A stretch of 64,000 nucleotides of DNA. Source: an uncultured cyanobacterium. Its GTDB lineage: Bacteria > Cyanobacteriota > Cyanobacteriia > Cyanobacteriales > Cyanobacteriaceae. This document shows, piece after piece, positions 30,947 through 41,342 of this stretch. Position numbers and translations under genes: made by a program. The notes beneath the pieces are model-generated. The model made no database searches and was not told the DNA's origin. It was given only the letters and a program-made list of their open reading frames with translations. Every line of letters begins with the position of its first letter. The stretch's first letter is position 1. Where the stretch lies: contig CAVQBA010000004.1 of NCBI GenBank assembly GCA_963710605.1, positions 512,001 through 576,000 on the forward strand, in the 5' to 3' direction.

Positions 30947-31999
30947 ATGACGCAATCTTCTTATGATAATGAATCTCAGCTAGAGCCTATTTATGATAAA
31001 ATTCAACAACTAGATAAAAAGCTACAAAATTTAGAAAAATCTAGCCAAAAAGTAATTGTTACGGGTGGTAAAAAAGACTTTCAGCCAAAACCGCTATTTG
31101 TTAGCCAAGAAGAATTAATTAATCTCTACAATTATTTACCGAATATATTACTCGAATATATTACGCCTGTTAGTATTACAGCAGATACTTACAGAGCAAA
31201 AACTAATAATAATATTTATTTGGAATATAACTTAAATGGTCACTATTGGGTGATTTTAACTGAATACGAATCTCATAAAAATTATTGGTTAGTACCTAAT
31301 GCCAATAGAAAAAATAATTTTCACCGTTTACAAGATAGAATAAAATCTTTATTTATTATTCAAGGAGATTTAAATAGTTATAATTATACGTTAGAAAAAC
31401 TAGCAGGAATTGAAATTTTAGCTGATGGTTTAAAATGGTATTTAATTGAAAAAGGTTATTTACAGATAGGCAAAACTTCTCCGATAGAACAACTTATTAA
31501 AAAGCTAGAAAAACTAAAAACTGAAAATGGTGAAATACCGCAAAATATTATTGGTTTAGTTGAATCTATTGATTTATATTATCAAAAAACTTTAAATATT
31601 GAAAAAGAACAAAAAGAGCTAACAAAAGCAGTAGTTAAAATAACTGATATAATAATTACTAATAATAATAAGTTAACTAAAACAACTAATAAACTAGAAC
31701 AAACTATTCATAAGTTAGAGAAAGAAGTTTATCAAACGATTGATCATAATCAACAACAAAATTTAGAAAATTTAGCAACTTTTGAACAAAACTTTGAACA
31801 AAAAATAAAAATAATTAGTACTAAAGTAAGCGAAAATTACCAAGAAAAACAAATATTAAGAGATGATTATGAAAAACTAAATAAAGATTTTAAACAACAA
31901 CAAAGAAAAGTTAAAAACATTAATAGTAATCTTGGTTGTCTTAATTTTTTACTCATCGTAGTAGTCTTAGTTTTATCAATAATTTTAATTAATATATAA
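30947..31999 (+). CDS. Locus-specific domain + coiled coil + C-terminal membrane anchor (paralogue 6)
   Basis: N-terminal ~185 aa closely similar to paralogue 5; ends FLLIVVVLVLSIILINI. Confidence 0.85.
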   Translation: MTQSSYDNESQLEPIYDKIQQLDKKLQNLEKSSQKVIVTGGKKDFQPKPLFVSQEELINLYNYLPNILLEYITPVSITADTYRAKTNNNIYLEYNLNGHYWVILTEYESHKNYWLVPNANRKNNFHRLQDRIKSLFIIQGDLNSYNYTLEKLAGIEILADGLKWYLIEKGYLQIGKTSPIEQLIKKLEKLKTENGEIPQNIIGLVESIDLYYQKTLNIEKEQKELTKAVVKITDIIITNNNKLTKTTNKLEQTIHKLEKEVYQTIDHNQQQNLENLATFEQNFEQKIKIISTKVSENYQEKQILRDDYEKLNKDFKQQQRKVKNINSNLGCLNFLLIVVVLVLSIILINI

Positions 32000-32289
32000 T
32001 CGTAGTTTTATAGCAATCACCATAACAGTTAGCACAGTCTTAAAACGCAAAACTTATGTCAAGTAAAAGTTTTCTAGTTGTTTTAAATAAAAGTTTAATT
32101 TATTAAACGAACAGGATATTAGCCTTGCACGAGAGTTCAAGGCGAGTTTAATACTTTGGCTTGAGGATTATTAATGAATGTCTCAATTCTTTTTAAAATT
32201 ACTATACCGAATGCCCGAATGCCCTTTGACCTTTACTATAAAAAAATTGATAATGAGTAAATTATTAATTAATCGTCGAGGTTAATACA

Positions 32290-33042
32290 TTGTTATATCG
32301 TATTACCGTTAATCCTGAACAAGTACAAAATCAAATCATTAAGTTGCAATCTGAACAAGAACATTACCTGCGTCGTGTAGTGAGATTGAATAATGAAGAC
32401 AACTTCATTGCTATTGATGGTCGAGGTAACTGTTGGTTAGCCAAATTAACACCTAATCATGGTTGTATCGTACGATCGATCGATGAAAATAAAGAATTAC
32501 CTATCGCCGTAACCTTAATAGTCGCTTTACCTAAAGGTCAAGGCTTTGAAGAGATTATTCGGATGACAACAGAATTAGGTGTAACTCAAATACAACCCGT
32601 GATTAGCGATCGAACTATACTTAAACCTAATGCCAATAAACTAATACGTTGGCGTAAAATTGCCGCCGAAGCCGCCGAACAATCAGAAAGACAAATAATA
32701 CCTGATATTACTCCCGTTGTATCGGTAAAAGAAGCTTTTAGTGCGGCTAATAATTTAAATATACCTAAATATTTAGCTTTTGCTCGCAGTACTACCCCAC
32801 ATTTGCAACATATCTTAACAAAAGAACTAGAGCAATCAATACCACCCCAGATAATTATCGCTACAGGTTGCGAAGGCGGTTGGACAAACAAAGAAGTAGA
32901 ATTTGCGGTTAATAAATGTAATTTTGAACAAGTGTCTTTAGGAAAAAGAATATTAAGAGCTGTAACCGCTCCAGTTATGGTCATGTCCTTACTCTCAGCC
33001 ATGATTGATTCTCAAATTAACGACCATCATCAAAATTTTTAA
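32290..33042 (+). CDS. rsmE: 16S rRNA m3U1498 methyltransferase
   Basis: HYLRRVVRL, TELGV, EAAEQSER, EGGWT, LGKRILRAVTAP. Confidence 0.95.
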   Translation: MLYRITVNPEQVQNQIIKLQSEQEHYLRRVVRLNNEDNFIAIDGRGNCWLAKLTPNHGCIVRSIDENKELPIAVTLIVALPKGQGFEEIIRMTTELGVTQIQPVISDRTILKPNANKLIRWRKIAAEAAEQSERQIIPDITPVVSVKEAFSAANNLNIPKYLAFARSTTPHLQHILTKELEQSIPPQIIIATGCEGGWTNKEVEFAVNKCNFEQVSLGKRILRAVTAPVMVMSLLSAMIDSQINDHHQNF

Positions 33043-33149
33043 TTGTTAGCATATTTTATATATACAAAAATGCTACAGAAAAAGATGGTTTGATCTCGCC
33101 ATGATTTGTTAGAATAGCAAGGAAAAAAATTAAGTTAAGTTGGTAGTCT

Positions 33150-33656
33150 TTGAGTCAATCACTAGAAAATATTACTAAACTCGATACTCTGGCACAAGAA
33201 TTAGCCGCTATTCAGCAAACAGGAGCTAAAAAAATAGCCCTGCTAGGTTCTCGCCATGTGCCAATCACTCATCAATATTTAATCGAAATGATGAGTTATG
33301 CTCTTGTGTTAGGAGGTAACCGAGTAATTACCTCAGGTGCGGCGGGAACAAACTCCGCGGCGATAAGAGGTGCGATGCGAGCAGATCCTAATCTGCTTAC
33401 AGTCATACTACCTCAAAGTCTCGATCGTCAATCAAGAGAATCACAAGATCAATTAAAACAAGTTATTCATTTAGTTGAAAATCCAGACAACAACTATCTT
33501 TCCTTAGGAGAAGCAAGTGCAGTCTGTAACCGAGATATTATTTCTCGTTGTCAACAACTAATCTGTTTTGCCTTTCACGATAGTCATACATTGATGCAAA
33601 CTTGTAAAGAAGCTGATGAATTGAGTAAATTAGTAACCAAATTTTACTTTGATTAA
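33150..33656 (+). CDS. DprA/Smf-like (SLOG/Rossmann) conserved cyanobacterial protein
   Basis: IALLGSRH, ITSGAAGTN, CNRDIISRCQQLICF. Confidence 0.75.
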   Translation: MSQSLENITKLDTLAQELAAIQQTGAKKIALLGSRHVPITHQYLIEMMSYALVLGGNRVITSGAAGTNSAAIRGAMRADPNLLTVILPQSLDRQSRESQDQLKQVIHLVENPDNNYLSLGEASAVCNRDIISRCQQLICFAFHDSHTLMQTCKEADELSKLVTKFYFD

Positions 33657-34008
33657 TCATAAAGTAGCTAAATGAACTTATGATTATATTTTTATCGAAA
33701 ATTTTAAGCTTTTGGTGTCGATCGCTTTAAGTACCATGACAAAGTTTTGAATAAACAAACAAAACAGTTTTGACTCTTGCTGTGTAGAGTACTGCAAGTA
33801 AACTTAAATTGCCAAAGAACTTAGATGATAAGTCCGCTGAAAGCTTATAGCCTAGAGTTGAACAATAATGTTCATTATATTCATAAATTCGTTTAGCTAG
33901 ATTATTTTTTATGAGCAACATTTTAGATGATTATTATTTCGGTAAAGGATGAAGATATGAGATAATTAATTTTTGTTAACACAATTATTTAATAAGCTCT
34001 TATCTTTC

Positions 34009-34782
34009 GTGGACAAAAATCGCACCGTTTCCGACACTAAAAGAAGTTTTTACCACCATCATCAACGCCCTATCAACTCCATCTATCGTCGTGTTGTTGA
34101 AGAGTTGATGGTTGAAATGCACTTATTATCAGTTAACATTGATTTCCGTCCCGATCCTGTTTACTATGTAGGTGTCTGTGAAAGTTTCGATCGATTTATG
34201 CAAGGTTATGTACCAGAGTCGGATAAAGACTCTATTTTCAACGCTATATGTCAATCAATAGAAGGCAATCCTGATGAGTACAAAACCAAATCGCAACAAT
34301 TACTCAATTTAGCATCGCAATTATCAGTAGAAGATTTACTCGCTTGGTTAGTTAATCCAAAAGACTCTGAAGGTGTAGAATCTGTAGCTCAAGATTGGCG
34401 CTCGGCTTTAGAAAATCCGAATTTCAAATATAGTCGTTTGTTTGCTATTGGTTTATATTCTTTAATTGAAAAATGTGATTCTGAAGCTGTTAAAAATGAA
34501 GATAAATTAATCGAATCGATCAAATCTTTAAGTGATAAACTATCCTTACCGATCGAAAAACTTAAAAAAGATTTAGATTTATATCGCAGTAATCTTGATA
34601 AAATGGATCAAATGCTGAAAGTGGTTTCTGATGTCTTAGAAGCAAGTAAGAAAAAGAAACAACAAGAGCTTCTCCAAAAACAAACTAAAGAAGACAAATC
34701 ATCAATAGAAGAAAGTACAACTACCTCTGAGGAAAGTACGACTACCTCTGAGGAAGAACAAAATTCCGAAACTAACGAATAA
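34009..34782 (+). CDS. psb29: Photosystem II biogenesis protein Psb29/Thf1
   Basis: RTVSDTKR, PINSIYRRVVEELMVEMHLL, FKYSRLFAIG, DLDLYRSNL; start moved to GTG 34009. Confidence 0.93.
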   Translation: MDKNRTVSDTKRSFYHHHQRPINSIYRRVVEELMVEMHLLSVNIDFRPDPVYYVGVCESFDRFMQGYVPESDKDSIFNAICQSIEGNPDEYKTKSQQLLNLASQLSVEDLLAWLVNPKDSEGVESVAQDWRSALENPNFKYSRLFAIGLYSLIEKCDSEAVKNEDKLIESIKSLSDKLSLPIEKLKKDLDLYRSNLDKMDQMLKVVSDVLEASKKKKQQELLQKQTKEDKSSIEESTTTSEESTTTSEEEQNSETNE

Positions 34783-35035
34783 TCAATTCTCTTCCTACCA
34801 CACAATTTTAGTTGACAGTTTTTGTTAAACAAGCAAGGTTTATAATAATTTTGAGTATCAAAAAATTTTAATTGCGTCTTAGCTTAAATACACCAATTTA
34901 AAATAGATAAAACTAGATATTTAAAAATTGTTTTTGGCTTAGCACATTGTGAGGGAGAGTTATTCATCAATCATTTTTTACGCTCGATAGATATATAAGT
35001 TGTCATCCGTTTCATTGTGAAGAAATAATAATGTC

Positions 35036-36331
35036 ATGTTAGATTTAAAAAAAATTAGAGAAAATCCTGAAGTAGTATTAAAACTTTTACATCAACGTAG
35101 CCCAGAATATACTTTAGACTCCATTTTAGAAATCGATCGACAACAAAGAGAAATACAATCCCAAATCAACAAATTACAAACTAAAAGCAACGAAATCGGC
35201 AAGTCAATTGGTCAAAAAATGCGTTCGGGTACAAATCCTCAAAGCGAAGAAATCGCCCAACTAAAAGAATTGGGCAACCAAACCAAAACCAAACTAGCCG
35301 AATTAGAGCCAAAGACAAGAGAATTAAAAACCCAACTTGAAACTTTATTACTAGAATTACCAAATCTTCCTAGTGACACAACACCAGTCGGCACAAGCGA
35401 AGCCGAAAACGTCGAAGTTAGACGTTGGGGTGATGAATATATATCTAATGATGACAATAGCACTCAGATTCTTCCTCATGACGAAATAGGCGAGAAATTA
35501 GGCATAATTAACAGTGAAAGAGCAGTTAAAGTTGCACAAAGTCGTTTTGTTTCTTTAGTCGGAATGGGTGCGGCTTTAGAAAGGGCGTTAATTAATTTTA
35601 TGCTCGATCGACAAATAGCGGCAGGTTATGTGGAGGTGATGCCTCCTGTCTTAATCAACACACAATCACTGCAAGGTACAGGGCAACTACCCAAATTTGC
35701 GGAAGAAAGCTTTAAATGTGCCGAAGATGACTTGTGGTTAACCCCAACGGCTGAAGTACCAGTTACCAACTTTTATCGTCAAGAGATATTAGACTTTGAG
35801 CAATTACCGATACATCATTGTGCTTATTCTCCTTGTTTTCGTCGTGAAGCAGGTAGTTATGGTAGAGATATGCGTGGTTTAATCCGTTTGCATCAATTTA
35901 ACAAAGTCGAATTAGTCAAAATCGTTCATCCTGATGAAAGCGAAATAGAGCATCAAAAAATGGTAGAAAATGCTGAAGCTATTTTACAAGAGTTGAAACT
36001 ACCATACCGAGTTTTGGAATTGTGTACAGGAGATATTGGTTTTAGTGCTAACAAATGTTATGACTTAGAAGTCTGGCTACCTTCGGCTAATACTTACCGA
36101 GAAATTTCTAGTTGTTCTAATTGTGGTGATTTTCAAGCCAGAAGAGCTGATATTCGCTTCAAACACAAGAATACAAAAGGTACACAGTATGTTCATACCT
36201 TAAACGGTTCGGGCTTAGCTGTAGGGCGGACAATGGCGGCTATTTTAGAAAATTATCAGCAACCTGATGGTACAGTAAAAGTTCCCTCTGCTTTACAACC
36301 TTATTTAAAGACAGATATAATCGGTAATTAA
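35036..36331 (+). CDS. serS: Serine--tRNA ligase
   Basis: [44 protein letters not shown]. Confidence 0.98.
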   Translation: MLDLKKIRENPEVVLKLLHQRSPEYTLDSILEIDRQQREIQSQINKLQTKSNEIGKSIGQKMRSGTNPQSEEIAQLKELGNQTKTKLAELEPKTRELKTQLETLLLELPNLPSDTTPVGTSEAENVEVRRWGDEYISNDDNSTQILPHDEIGEKLGIINSERAVKVAQSRFVSLVGMGAALERALINFMLDRQIAAGYVEVMPPVLINTQSLQGTGQLPKFAEESFKCAEDDLWLTPTAEVPVTNFYRQEILDFEQLPIHHCAYSPCFRREAGSYGRDMRGLIRLHQFNKVELVKIVHPDESEIEHQKMVENAEAILQELKLPYRVLELCTGDIGFSANKCYDLEVWLPSANTYREISSCSNCGDFQARRADIRFKHKNTKGTQYVHTLNGSGLAVGRTMAAILENYQQPDGTVKVPSALQPYLKTDIIGN

Positions 36332-36386
36332 CGATCGATATTTGTTCATAATTAATCTTAATTCTGTCAAGTAGAATAAAACAAAA

Positions 36387-36418
36387 ATAGATCAGTGTGT
36401 GTGTTAAAACTGATCTAT
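36387..36418. terminator. Hairpin between convergent serS and M16 peptidase genes
   Basis: ATAGATCAGT/ACTGATCTAT 10-bp stem. Confidence 0.5.
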
Positions 36419-36752
36419 AGTTATTCCAATTAAGATTAAGACAGTAAGAACAATACTGAAACCAAAGTATTAAAACTGCCTTTAACTGTCGTGCAAGGTT
36501 AATATCTATCCTGTTCGTTTAATAAATTAAACTAAAATTTAGATTCATTACTCGTGTCTCATTTTTATTGGAAACAACTATAAATCCTATTCTTTATTGT
36601 TATAACGATCGTATGTTTGACCAATAATCTCAAAGTTTTAGAAAAAATAGAAACTATATTTTGTCCAGATAAAAAGGGTTTTCTTCTCGCAACCGCTAGT
36701 TAGGATTTTACTTTAGGGTTATGGGATGTCACAATACGATGTTTCAGATTAA

Positions 36753-38048
36753 TTAACGATCACGATAAGCATAACAGACGGCATAATATTCAGAAGAAAG
36801 ATACTGACAAGCATATTGCTGTAGTTTTTCAGCCGATAAATTATTAACAATCTCAGGGTATTTTAAAGCTAAATTAGCAGATTCTAAAATGTGATAATAA
36901 CCATATAAAGAAGCGAGTTGTTCTGGTGTTTCTGTCGAAAAGATATAATCATGACATAATGATTTTTGGCAAGCACTTAGCTCACTTGCACTCACAGGTT
37001 GTTGTCGTAATTGTTGAATATGATTTCTAATTTTGGTTTCTACTTCTTCTAAATTATCAATACATGAATAAGCGGTGATAGTAAACAAACTTGAATATTT
37101 TTGTAAAGAAAAATCGCAACCAATACTCATTACTATTTGCTCTTCTTCTCTTAACTCTCTTACTAAACGAGAACTTCTACCACTTGCTAAGATTAAAGAT
37201 AACATATCAAGTGCGATCGCACCTTCTAAATCTTCAATTCCTGAAGTCATCCAACCCATCACGATTCTTGATTGCTCTAAACGGGGTAAAAACAACTTTT
37301 GCCGACGAGTACTAACTATTGGTGGTTCGCTATCAAAACGATTAACTGCTATCGATTCGGTTACAGGAGTTGGAAAATTTTGAAAGTTTGTTTCGACTAA
37401 AGAAACCGCCTCTTCTTGGCTGATATTACCGACTAAAACTACATTAAGATTATGAGGTTGATAATGAGTTTGATGAAACGTACGCATTTGTTCAGGAGTA
37501 TGACTCATCAAAAAAGGTTTTTCACCTAATACAGAACGTCGGTAAGGATGATGTTGATATATACTGTGAAGTAAAGATTGAAATATAATCCAATCAGGAT
37601 CATCGATCGTTGAACTAAGTTCTTCTAAAACGACATCTCGCTCAATATAAAAGTCTCGATCGGGTATTTGAGGCTGAAGAATAATCTCAGATAAATAAGG
37701 TAAAATTTCGGCTAAATAATCACTAGCGGTACTGAGAAAAAAATGAGTGTAATCGTAACTCGTCGCCGCATTAGCAAAACCGCCTTTACTCTCTACAAGA
37801 TAGTCAAACTCACCGGGTAAAATATTTTTTGTCCCTTTAAAGATCATATGCTCTAAAAAATGAGACATTCCTGATAAGGATTCTGATTCGCTTGTTACCC
37901 CTGCATTTACCCAGACATCGGCTACAACCACCGCACTAGAAAATATTTGCTGGTGTACTAACGTTACTCCGTTATCCAAACTAATCAAATTTAAATCGGA
38001 AATTAAAGTGTTATCAGAGTTGTTTTGAAGATCCTTGACTAGAGCCAT
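36753..38048 (-). CDS. M16 family zinc peptidase
   Basis: HFLEHMIFKGT, NAATSYD, ERDVVLEE. Confidence 0.93.
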   Translation of the reverse strand: MALVKDLQNNSDNTLISDLNLISLDNGVTLVHQQIFSSAVVVADVWVNAGVTSESESLSGMSHFLEHMIFKGTKNILPGEFDYLVESKGGFANAATSYDYTHFFLSTASDYLAEILPYLSEIILQPQIPDRDFYIERDVVLEELSSTIDDPDWIIFQSLLHSIYQHHPYRRSVLGEKPFLMSHTPEQMRTFHQTHYQPHNLNVVLVGNISQEEAVSLVETNFQNFPTPVTESIAVNRFDSEPPIVSTRRQKLFLPRLEQSRIVMGWMTSGIEDLEGAIALDMLSLILASGRSSRLVRELREEEQIVMSIGCDFSLQKYSSLFTITAYSCIDNLEEVETKIRNHIQQLRQQPVSASELSACQKSLCHDYIFSTETPEQLASLYGYYHILESANLALKYPEIVNNLSAEKLQQYACQYLSSEYYAVCYAYRDR

Positions 38049-38168
38049 CGAGATACATTTATTTACCTTTTCTTAATCTTACCTCTAAGCCAGGTAATAA
38101 ATGTTAACTAGATTACATTTTCCGATCACAAAATTATTTTTTTTAAATGTTTGAGTTATCATGTGTGG

Positions 38169-38663
38169 TTATTCATCAGTAACTTTGGCTATATTACCTG
38201 CTTTTACCCAACCTTCTTGTTCACTACCCGGAATCCGAATTTTTTGCCAATCTCCATCATTACTAGTACTTAAGATTATAATTTTACGATCGAAACCTAC
38301 ACCACCGATTCTCTCGGCTTCTTTACTTGGGCCATCTCTTAGACTTAAACCAGTTGACCATGTTACTCTAGCAAAATAAGCTCCGTTAGGAAGTTTTTCT
38401 TCAGGTTCAGGTTTTACTGCCGTTTCTTCAGGTTGTTTTGTTGTTTCTGTCTTTGTCTTTGTGTTTGTCTGTTCGGCTGTGGTTTCTACTTTTTCTTCTT
38501 TTGGTTTTTCTTCTTTTGGTTTTTCTTCAGAAAAAACTTGTTTTTCAGGATTAGTAGCTGTTTGGTTGAGGAAAAAATATGCTCCTCCTGCTATCCCGGC
38601 GGTAAAGAAAATAAGTCCGAAGAAAAAACCAATCACAAATTGAAACAGGCCTGATATATTCAT
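38169..38663 (-). CDS. Membrane-anchored bacterial SH3 domain protein
   Basis: N-terminal TM, low-complexity linker, GLSLRDGPS..WQKIR..GWVK. Confidence 0.85.
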   Translation of the reverse strand: MNISGLFQFVIGFFFGLIFFTAGIAGGAYFFLNQTATNPEKQVFSEEKPKEEKPKEEKVETTAEQTNTKTKTETTKQPEETAVKPEPEEKLPNGAYFARVTWSTGLSLRDGPSKEAERIGGVGFDRKIIILSTSNDGDWQKIRIPGSEQEGWVKAGNIAKVTDE

Positions 38664-38887
38664 AGTTATTTAGTAATAAATAATGAGGTTACACTTAATT
38701 TTTGATGGTAACAAATCATTTTTTTATAAGATTAATGATATAATATAGCACTTTATTCTTAATTTTTAACCAATAAATTATTCTGCTCATATTTCTTCAC
38801 ATATCGTTATATCTTGCATAAATTTATTTAAATACAGAATTTTGATTGTTTAGCAAAATATAATTTCCAGCAAATAGTTTATTTGAT

Positions 38888-39622
38888 CTAATGAGAATTA
38901 GAGCTTAGAAGTAAATCACTAATGACATCGACTAAATCTTCGGTTTGAGCCAAAGTAGGTAATAAGGTTATTTGTTTACTTATATTAGATGGTAGATTAT
39001 TAATCTGAGAAACGATCGTCTCTGTAATTTTTCCTGTGAATAAAAAGTAAGGTAAAACCGCCACAACTTCTTGCTCTGATTTAGTACTTGTCATTTCTTC
39101 TACCACATCGATAAAATTAGGCTCAATTGACCAGTAAGCAACCTTTGCCTGCAAATCGATCGTTATTTTTTCTAACTCTTGATTTGCTTGTTTAATACTT
39201 GTACCGTGGGCTAATAAGATACGTTGATGGGCTTTAGTTTGACTAAATTGCGATCGTAACAAAGCAATTAAATTATCAGAAGTACCAATATGAGGCATCA
39301 ATTGTAAAGGTAAAGGAGAATCAATACTAGCAAGAGCGATTTGTTCAGGAATATCATTAATTACATGAGTACCCGATAATAAAAATAGAGGTAAGATTTT
39401 GACAGATTGATAACCTAAAGAGGCTGATTGTTGAGCAAAACTGATTATATTTTCCGCTAAAGGTTTATTTGTTAATTCTAAATAAGCACTACTAAGAAAA
39501 ACTGATTTATTTTGAGCCTCTAATCGTAATTGAATTTGATGTGCTAATTGTTGTAACTGCTTACCATAGTTTACGTTACGACTACCATGAACAACCAAAA
39601 GATAAGCACTACTATTAATCAT
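38888..39622 (-). CDS. Sirohydrochlorin chelatase (CbiX/SirB family)
   Basis: LVVHGSR, AYLEL, LPLFLLSGTHVINDIP, LAHG, LPYFLFTG; start uncertain. Confidence 0.85.
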   Translation of the reverse strand: MINSSAYLLVVHGSRNVNYGKQLQQLAHQIQLRLEAQNKSVFLSSAYLELTNKPLAENIISFAQQSASLGYQSVKILPLFLLSGTHVINDIPEQIALASIDSPLPLQLMPHIGTSDNLIALLRSQFSQTKAHQRILLAHGTSIKQANQELEKITIDLQAKVAYWSIEPNFIDVVEEMTSTKSEQEVVAVLPYFLFTGKITETIVSQINNLPSNISKQITLLPTLAQTEDLVDVISDLLLSSNSH

Positions 39623-39710
39623 AATTATTATTAAAAACAAGAATTACTTACCAGTTTAAAGGTAAACTATCCAATGCAGAGTTTATTGTGTGCGTAGATA
39701 TATTTATATT

Positions 39711-40475
39711 ATGGTAGAAATTTTACCCCCTAATTTGCAAAAATTACAAGATCAAGTTGCCTTAGTTACAGGTGCATCTAGAGGTATTGGTAAAGCAACC
39801 GCTTTGGCTTTAGCGACACAGGGTGCAAAAATAGTTGTTAATTACGCAAGTAATAGTGAAGCGGCTGATGCTGTAGTTAGCGAAATAACCGAAGCAGGGG
39901 GAGAAGCGATTGCAATTAGTGCAGATGTATCGCAAGAAGAAGCCGTAAATTCTATGGTTACTCAAACCAAAAAAGAATTTGGCAAAATCGATATCTTAGT
40001 CAATAATGCAGGTATCACTCGTGACACATTACTATTAAGAATGAAGGCAGAAGATTGGCAAGCAGTGATTAATCTTAATTTAACTGGTGTCTTTTTATGT
40101 TGTAAAGCAGTCAGTAAATTGATGCTTAAACAAAGAAGTGGCAGAATTATTAATATCTCCTCTGTTGCGGGAGTTATGGGTAATCCCGGGCAAGCTAACT
40201 ATAGTGCGGCTAAAGCAGGAGTAATCGGTTTAACCAAAACATTAGCTAAAGAATTTGCCTCTCGTGGTGTTACCGTTAATGCAGTCGCCCCTGGTTTTAT
40301 TGAAACTGATATGACACAAGGATTACAAGCAGAAGAAATTCTCAAAGCTATTCCTTTAAATCGTTATGGTAAACCTGAGGAAATTGCGGGAATGATTACT
40401 TTTTTAGCAGGAGATATTGCCGCAAATTATATAACAGGGCAAGTATTTAATGTTGATGGCGGAATGGTAATATGA
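39711..40475 (+). CDS. fabG: 3-oxoacyl-ACP reductase
   Basis: TGASRGIG, NNAGITRD, NPGQANYSAAK, VAPGFIETDM. Confidence 0.95.
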   Translation: MVEILPPNLQKLQDQVALVTGASRGIGKATALALATQGAKIVVNYASNSEAADAVVSEITEAGGEAIAISADVSQEEAVNSMVTQTKKEFGKIDILVNNAGITRDTLLLRMKAEDWQAVINLNLTGVFLCCKAVSKLMLKQRSGRIINISSVAGVMGNPGQANYSAAKAGVIGLTKTLAKEFASRGVTVNAVAPGFIETDMTQGLQAEEILKAIPLNRYGKPEEIAGMITFLAGDIAANYITGQVFNVDGGMVI

Positions 40476-40528
40476 TTAGTTGATAATTGAGAATAATGAA
40501 TTAGTCAATTTTGGCTTTTTAATTCTTA

Positions 40529-40556
40529 GTACAGACGTAGCACTACTACGTCTTTA
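40529..40556. repeat. REP-like hairpin between convergent genes
   Basis: AGACGTAG/CTACGTCT stem at 40533-40553. Confidence 0.6.
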
Positions 40557-40589
40557 ACTGAGTTGGTGAGTTGGTGATGTATTAGGTTG

Positions 40590-41166
40590 TTATAGATAAT
40601 TAGACAGAGAAAATGAGTAATGTTTTAATAATATTTTAAAACCGATACCGACGAGAACTAAACCACCAACTAACTCGGCTTTTTTCTCAAAAATGTGTCC
40701 AAATTTATTTCCTAAAAATACGCCGACTAAACAAAGCAAAAAAAGTAATAATTCCAATTATCAAAGCAGAACTAAAAATAGGTATTTCAATCATTGAAAA
40801 TCCTAAACCAACAGCTAAAGCATCGATGCTAGTAGCGATCGCTAACGTAAATAAAACTGATAAATCACGAAAATTAGTACCTTCTTCATCTTCATCATCA
40901 AAAGATTCATAGATCATTTTTAAACCGATAAAAGCCAGTAAAATAAAAGCAATCCAATAATCAAAACTCTCAATTAATTCCCGAAAACTCAACCCCGCAA
41001 ACCAACCCAATAAAGGCATCAAAAACTGAAATCCACCAAAAAATAAAGCAATAAGTAAAGCATCTTTAATTGTAGCTTTTTTGAGAGTAATACCACTACC
41101 AACAGAAACAGCAAAAGCATCCATCGCCAAACCAAAAGATGTTAATACAATAGTCAAGAAACTCAT
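40590..41166 (-). pseudogene. mntP: Manganese efflux pump MntP, +1 frameshift in A7 tract 40738-40744 (191 aa if repaired)
   Basis: LAMDAFAVS, FQFLMP, ATSIDALAVG; missing C-terminus ([18 protein letters not shown]) lies in the shifted frame. Confidence 0.85.
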
Positions 41167-41342
41167 AACAAATAATTAATAATGAATAATTAATAATGAA
41201 TAATTAAAATGCTTTTTACTGTCTGCCAAAAATTAAATTACGAAACACAAAAACTTAACTTATCAGATATATATTTATCTTTTTTATTCCCCTCTTTTAA
41301 AGGAGGGGTTAGGGGAGGTTTTAATTTTTTAATTATCAATTA

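Noticed and set aside
25254-31999. Diversity-generating retroelement behind the paralogue repeats
   Set aside because: No reverse transcriptase in the window; differences between copies are not adenine-specific and include indels
18602-32290. tRNA-Val-anchored integrative island carrying the tubulin locus
   Set aside because: No integrase and no duplicated tRNA 3' end seen at the right boundary; proximity alone is insufficient
34711-34752. 21-bp tandem repeat in the psb29 3' end (ESTTTSE x2)
   Set aside because: Ordinary slippage in a disordered acidic tail
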